Position numbers and translations under genes: made by a program. From a virus: DNA of 52,279 nt. The stretch is from UHGV virus genome UHGV-0197780; one strand, given 5' to 3'. Shown piece after piece: positions 48,090 through 52,279 of this stretch. Numbering within the stretch: position 1 is the first letter of the stretch; each line of letters opens with the position of its first letter. Under the pieces are notes generated by a model. That model ran no database searches. It saw only the letters and a program-made list of their open reading frames with translations, and was not told the origin of the DNA.

Positions 48090-49139
48090 ATGGCGGGTTT
48101 TATAATGAGCAAAAAGATCAGAGTTTTCGATTTTTTCTCTGGCTGCGGTGGCACTAGCCAAGGTCTAAAAACTGCTGGTTGTGAGATTGTTTTTGGCCTA
48201 GATTTTGATTATGACTCAAGCGAAACCTTTAAGGCTAACAATCCTGATGCCGTATTCATCAATGATGACATTAGGTCAGTTGATGTTGCTGACATCTCTC
48301 AATTAGTTGAAACGGCAAAAAAAGATGCAAAGATTCTGTTCTGCGGGTGCGCTCCATGCCAACCTTTTTCAAAGCAAAATCAGAATAAAACCACTTCAGA
48401 TCCCAGAAGAGGTTTGTTATCAGAATTCGGTCGCTTTGTCGAATTCTACGAACCCGATTATGTATTGATAGAAAATGTGCCTGGTTTACAAAAAGTGGAT
48501 GTAAATGACGGTCCTCTCTATGGTTTTATTTCTATTCTAAAAAATAGGAATTACAATCTTGTTTATGGCGTTATTCCAGCATTATGGTATGGTGTTCCGC
48601 AAACGCGTGAAAGATTTGTTTTAATGGCCTCTCTTGAATCTCAAATTCATTTACCGGAGCGCACTCATAATGGAACTGATATTCCATTCGCTACGGTTAG
48701 AGATTGGATTGGTAACATACCCTCTATTGAAGCCGGGGAATCTCATCCGTTGGTGAAAGACCATGTTAGTGCAAAACTTTCAGAGCTGAATTTAAAACGA
48801 ATTAGATGCACCCCTGAAGGTAAAGGACGAGAATATTGGCCAAGAGAACTTTTGCTTGAATGCCACAAGAAGCATACAGGTCATAGCGACGTTTATGGGC
48901 GTTTGGCATGGGATAAACCAGCAAGTGGGTTAACTACACGATGCATTAGTTACTCAAACGGCCGGTTTGGACATCCCGAACAAGACAGAGCTATTTCTGT
49001 TCGGGAGGCGGCCCTACTTCAAACGTTTCCAATAGATTACATTTTTAAAGGCTCCATGCTATCTAAGGCGAAACAAATAGGTAATGCTGTTCCGCCAAAA
49101 ATGGCTGAGTCAATAGGAAATGTTTTTATCAATATTTAA
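48090..49139 (+). CDS. DNA (cytosine-5)-methyltransferase
   Basis: Motif I FDFFSGCGG, motif IV GCAPCQPFS (PC catalytic Cys), ENVPG, QTRERF and motif X GNAVPP. Confidence 0.85.
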   Translation: MAGFIMSKKIRVFDFFSGCGGTSQGLKTAGCEIVFGLDFDYDSSETFKANNPDAVFINDDIRSVDVADISQLVETAKKDAKILFCGCAPCQPFSKQNQNKTTSDPRRGLLSEFGRFVEFYEPDYVLIENVPGLQKVDVNDGPLYGFISILKNRNYNLVYGVIPALWYGVPQTRERFVLMASLESQIHLPERTHNGTDIPFATVRDWIGNIPSIEAGESHPLVKDHVSAKLSELNLKRIRCTPEGKGREYWPRELLLECHKKHTGHSDVYGRLAWDKPASGLTTRCISYSNGRFGHPEQDRAISVREAALLQTFPIDYIFKGSMLSKAKQIGNAVPPKMAESIGNVFINI

Positions 49140-49159
49140 GCTGGAGCCCTAGCTCCAGC
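49140..49159. terminator. bidirectional hairpin terminator between convergent MTase and Q genes
   Basis: GCTGGAGCcctaGCTCCAGC is a perfect 8-bp stem. Confidence 0.5.
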
Positions 49160-49163
49160 TAGT

Positions 49164-49505
49164 CTAAAGCATCATTAAAACCCCTTCAATAAACCCCATG
49201 GCATTATGCAATTCTTTCCTGATGGTACCATCAGAGCATTTAAGTTTCTTAGCGATGCTACGTAAGGAGATTCCGATAATAAAATGAGCAATAATTAACT
49301 CATACTCTTCTGGCTTATATTTCCGCAATCGCGCTACACAACCGTCAATCATGATACCTTCATCATCATCGCATTGCTGGCGTGTTTTCTTTCCATGAGG
49401 TAGCAAACCTTTAAACCCAGCAGCAATGGGTTGCCAGTCAACACCACTATTGTCAGATGCCGCCCAAGCTCCCCAGCGGTCCAATATTTCGTACATATCT
49501 CTCAT
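49164..49505 (-). CDS. late antiterminator Q-like protein
   Basis: The size and a Cys-containing motif (…DGCVARLRKYKPEEYELIIAHF…) fit the phage 82/21-type Q family. A GAGGAG SD precedes the start. It lies upstream of the lysis genes. Confidence 0.55.
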   Translation of the reverse strand: MRDMYEILDRWGAWAASDNSGVDWQPIAAGFKGLLPHGKKTRQQCDDDEGIMIDGCVARLRKYKPEEYELIIAHFIIGISLRSIAKKLKCSDGTIRKELHNAMGFIEGVLMML

Positions 49506-49517
49506 TTTTAAAGCTCC

Positions 49518-50549
49518 TCAGGAAAGAACGCCGAGCGCGTATGCCCGGTCCAGCAATTTAATAATCAATACCGGCTGGGTGCCGTATTCACGCTCAAAAG
49601 CGGCAGGGTCATGGTGCAAAGCACGGTGGTGCTTGCGGCATAATGGGATCGTAAAAATATCGTGGGCCTTGGTGCCTACGCCGCCCTGCCCCCAGCCAAT
49701 AAGGTGGTGTGCATCATCTGCAGGCTGCCCGCAGCACATACACGGCTGTTTTTTAACCCATGAGATAAAGTCAGCTGATAACCATCGGCTCCGCTTAGGT
49801 CTCGCGAATAGTGTCGCCGGTGCAACAGGATCGACGTTCACAGGAACCAGAGGTTTGCCCGGCGTTGTTATTGCCGTTGGCTTGATTGCTTTTTCGAGAC
49901 GGGGAGAAAGAATGCTGGTGGCCGGTACCGACGGAACAATCTCACTCTCCCTGTAAACCGATTTAATGCCATCGTCTTTAATACGCAGGGATCGGCGCGC
50001 CATTTCTTCTGTAATTTCATCGCCAATCCCGGCGCCTACCGCCCACCAGCATAGCTCCGCCAGTGACAATGAGCGCTGAGCGTCCAGACCAAGCGCGATG
50101 CGGGCAGTGTCGATTACCCAGTCAGCGTTGTTAACACCTACCAGTTGATCGAGGGTTTGTTCCGTTTGGTTTTTCAGCTCATTATCACAGTGCCAGCATG
50201 CGATTATTACACCCGTCGAATGGCGAAACGGGACGAGCTCATGGTGATGGTAATCGGAATGTGTCCACTGACAGTTTTTAACCTGCCTACGCAACCATGA
50301 CTCGAGGGCACTAACTCCACCAGCTGCAGTGATAACTGCCTTCTTCATGAAAAAAGGTCTGATCCCCACATCATCCCGCAACGGCTGCCGGGCATCAGGA
50401 AGACGTCCACTGGGTATCTTTTTCATGCTTGCCGGCGGCATTTCAACAAGAACTCGGCCGGCACCGAATAACGGCATTAATTCACTACCCGGCTTAAGCA
50501 GCACAATTCCAAGATGGCGTGCAATATCCACGTTAAGCAAAGCTCGCAT
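49518..50549 (-). CDS. DUF968/NinG-like protein with C-terminal Cys/His (HNH-like zinc) motif
   Basis: The C-terminus is CMCCGQPADDAHHL…GTKAHDIFTIPLCRKHHRALHHDP. The ATG at 50549 has a GGAGGGA SD. It sits in the nin-region position upstream of Q. Confidence 0.4.
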   Translation of the reverse strand: MRALLNVDIARHLGIVLLKPGSELMPLFGAGRVLVEMPPASMKKIPSGRLPDARQPLRDDVGIRPFFMKKAVITAAGGVSALESWLRRQVKNCQWTHSDYHHHELVPFRHSTGVIIACWHCDNELKNQTEQTLDQLVGVNNADWVIDTARIALGLDAQRSLSLAELCWWAVGAGIGDEITEEMARRSLRIKDDGIKSVYRESEIVPSVPATSILSPRLEKAIKPTAITTPGKPLVPVNVDPVAPATLFARPKRSRWLSADFISWVKKQPCMCCGQPADDAHHLIGWGQGGVGTKAHDIFTIPLCRKHHRALHHDPAAFEREYGTQPVLIIKLLDRAYALGVLS

Positions 50550-50752
50550 CAGTCCCTCCACATCTTCTGTATGTAGGTCCTGTCAATCCGTGGCGGCTTC
50601 TTCGATTCCGGCAACAACACGCGGATCTCCCACGATGCAAAGTCTCTGGATAAGCTCTTCTCAACCACACAGTTATTTTTACGGTATCGCTCCACCAGCT
50701 CTGTAGCCTCAGCCTCTGAAAGCTGCTCGTGTAAAAACCAACTTTTCTTCAT
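50549..50752 (-). CDS. hypothetical 67-aa nin-region protein
   Basis: Its ATG overlaps the upstream stop (ATGA). Confidence 0.3.
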   Translation of the reverse strand: MKKSWFLHEQLSEAEATELVERYRKNNCVVEKSLSRDFASWEIRVLLPESKKPPRIDRTYIQKMWRD

Positions 50753-51141
50753 GGCTGATCACCGAACAGTCGCAAAAACTCAATCGCTCTTTCCCGCGCT
50801 CCGGGTTCTTCAGCGATCATTTCCTGCAGCAGCTGCACGGCGAGCATAGGCTCCTTTCGCCCGACGATGGAAATTCCTCTGGAGACACGGCGAGAGAGTT
50901 TTATAAAATTTTTTCTCTCTAACGCACGCAGATGCAACAGGACAGCATTAGACGAGCTAACGCCGAGCATATCGGCCAGCTCAGATAGCGTAGGTGGGTA
51001 GCCATGCTGATTGATGTAGGCCACCAGCAGATCGAAAACTTCCTGCTGGCGAAAAGTTAGTTTTGAAGACGAAAGCAAACCGGCGCTCGATGAAGGAGCA
51101 CCAGTCTGATGGGATTTTGATACTTCGGGGGTTTGCGTCAT
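50749..51141 (-). CDS. LexA-like DNA-binding-domain protein lacking the peptidase domain
   Basis: [53 protein letters not shown] aligns with the LexA N-terminal wHTH ([30 protein letters not shown]…). There is no S24 Ser/Lys domain. The ATG at 51141 has a GGAGAG SD; the listed ORF is extended from a TTG. Confidence 0.55.
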   Translation of the reverse strand: [130 protein letters not shown]

Positions 51142-51181
51142 GGTTTCTCTCCGCGACGCAGCAGGTATAGGTTGTTCAGGC

Positions 51182-51472
51182 CTATGACGGGATTGTAACA
51201 GAACCAGGAGGAACCTGGTAACCAACTCCAGACTTAGCCTTTTCAATCATCTGTGAAAAAAGAGAGAGCGTCCCCACGATCTCATCCGGCTGCAAAGGCA
51301 TAAACGAAACAGTGTCGCCGCGCCGGTACATTAAAGCGCGCTCACACACAGGAAAGGATGTCAGACGGGCAACGATCACCCCATCGTCGCATCTGATAAT
51401 TGCATAGCCGGTGTTCGGCATTTCTTGTTTTTTACTCACAGCAAAATCCTCAAAATAAACCAGGCAAGCCAC
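51182..51472 (-). CDS. hypothetical protein
   Basis: An ORF between the DinI-like and LexA-DBD genes. Its start is uncertain. Confidence 0.25.
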   Translation of the reverse strand: MACLVYFEDFAVSKKQEMPNTGYAIIRCDDGVIVARLTSFPVCERALMYRRGDTVSFMPLQPDEIVGTLSLFSQMIEKAKSGVGYQVPPGSVTIPS

Positions 51473-51483
51473 TGGACCTTAAC

Positions 51484-51717
51484 TTAACAGAACCAGTCAT
51501 CAGCGCTTTCCCAGGTGTCTTGCAGGATTTCCTCTACACGTGTTTTATCTCCGTCCATTCCACCAAGCACGGTCAACCCATCAGAGCTGGCCCGACGAAT
51601 CACAAGACTGCAGTTATTAAAGTTTTGATCCAATCGCCGCAGTAGCTCCTTCTCCAGAGCAGGCACAGCGCCATCCGGCAATTTTTTTTGGCGATCAATT
51701 GTGATTTCCACTTTCAT
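51484..51717 (-). CDS. dinI: DinI-family protein
   Basis: MKVEITIDRQKKLPDGAVPALEKEL…EEILQDTWESADDWF matches E. coli DinI nearly end to end. A GAGGAG SD precedes the start. Confidence 0.8.
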   Translation of the reverse strand: MKVEITIDRQKKLPDGAVPALEKELLRRLDQNFNNCSLVIRRASSDGLTVLGGMDGDKTRVEEILQDTWESADDWFC

Positions 51718-51736
51718 AACTAGCTCCTCACGCAGA

Positions 51737-51756
51737 TACTGTACAAATAAACAGTA
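51737..51756. promoter_or_regulatory. LexA (SOS) box upstream of the DinI-like gene
   Basis: TACTGTACAAATAAACAGTA fits the CTGT-N8-ACAG consensus. It lies 20 nt upstream of the dinI-like start. Confidence 0.7.
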
Positions 51757-52279
51757 TACTTGTTAGTTAAAATGTTCAAGCGTTTAATGCCACTTTTCGC
51801 TAACCCATGCTCATGTTTAGATTGATCTTTTCTCCACAAAGGACGAAACCCACTATCACAGGGATACAGTCATTTTTGTGGTGATCAACACCGTTGATAA
51901 GAAACGATGCTACCTCTGACGCTCCAGACTCCGCTATTGGCACAGAGCGGACAATCTGAATGGGATGAAGGTCTGCTTCGAGCGAGGAGCGGACATTGAC
52001 ATATCTGTTTAAGTGGCCAAATTTAGCTATCCACAACAGTTGTTTGTGGTTGCTCAGGATTATATGCAAAGATCGCCGCTATACAGTTGGCCAGTAATCA
52101 GGGACTGGTTGGTTAATTTTGGTGATAAAATGAATAGATTAGAGTAAAAAAACATAGATTCAAAAGAGGTTATGAGAATATAATTTAACTATATACCCGA
52201 GGGTACCCTTAAACTGATTTTATGCACCCTGCAATGAGCGATAATTAAGCACCAAGGTTTTTCTTAAACCTTTTATTAA

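Overview
The window reads as two lambdoid prophages lying in tandem at the isocitrate dehydrogenase (icd) 3' end, in an enterobacterial chromosome. A 165-bp icd C-terminal pseudogene with its own terminator (11331-11552) sits at the junction. It is flanked on both sides by TTTTGATAAC arm-type repeats, which is what an attP-like hybrid junction looks like. Left prophage (about 2.9-11.3 kb) shows only its early region, ending in int-xis. In window order these are a P-like helicase loader, an O-like initiator with internal iterons, a CII-like protein, a Cro-like/CI-like switch with TCGATA-type operators, an Rrf2-like regulator, a 712-aa exonuclease, xis and int. Right prophage (about 11.7 kb to beyond the window end) is phage-21/HK97-like and lies entirely on the minus strand. 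From its att end inward it carries a side tail fibre with a C-terminal S74-type chaperone, a 3895-aa J-like central fibre, tail genes I/K/L/M, tape measure, G and G-T (AAAAAAC slippery site), major tail, head-tail connectors, HK97 capsid, S49 prohead protease, portal, terL, terS (P27) and an HNH nuclease. Beyond these are Rz/Rz1, a SAR endolysin, a dual-start holin, HicAB, Q antiterminator, a DUF968-like protein, a LexA-DBD-only protein and an SOS-box-controlled DinI. AT-rich accessory insertions carry the most interesting cargo. (1) A SIR2 + P-loop NTPase single-gene defence candidate (117-2417). (2) An OLD-family ABC-ATPase/TOPRIM nuclease (P2 Old-sized) tightly coupled to a C5 cytosine methyltransferase, sitting between Q and the lysis cassette (46334-49139). 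(3) A wHTH-3TM membrane moron wedged between tail assembly genes I and K. No rRNA, tRNA, CRISPR or transposase was recognised.
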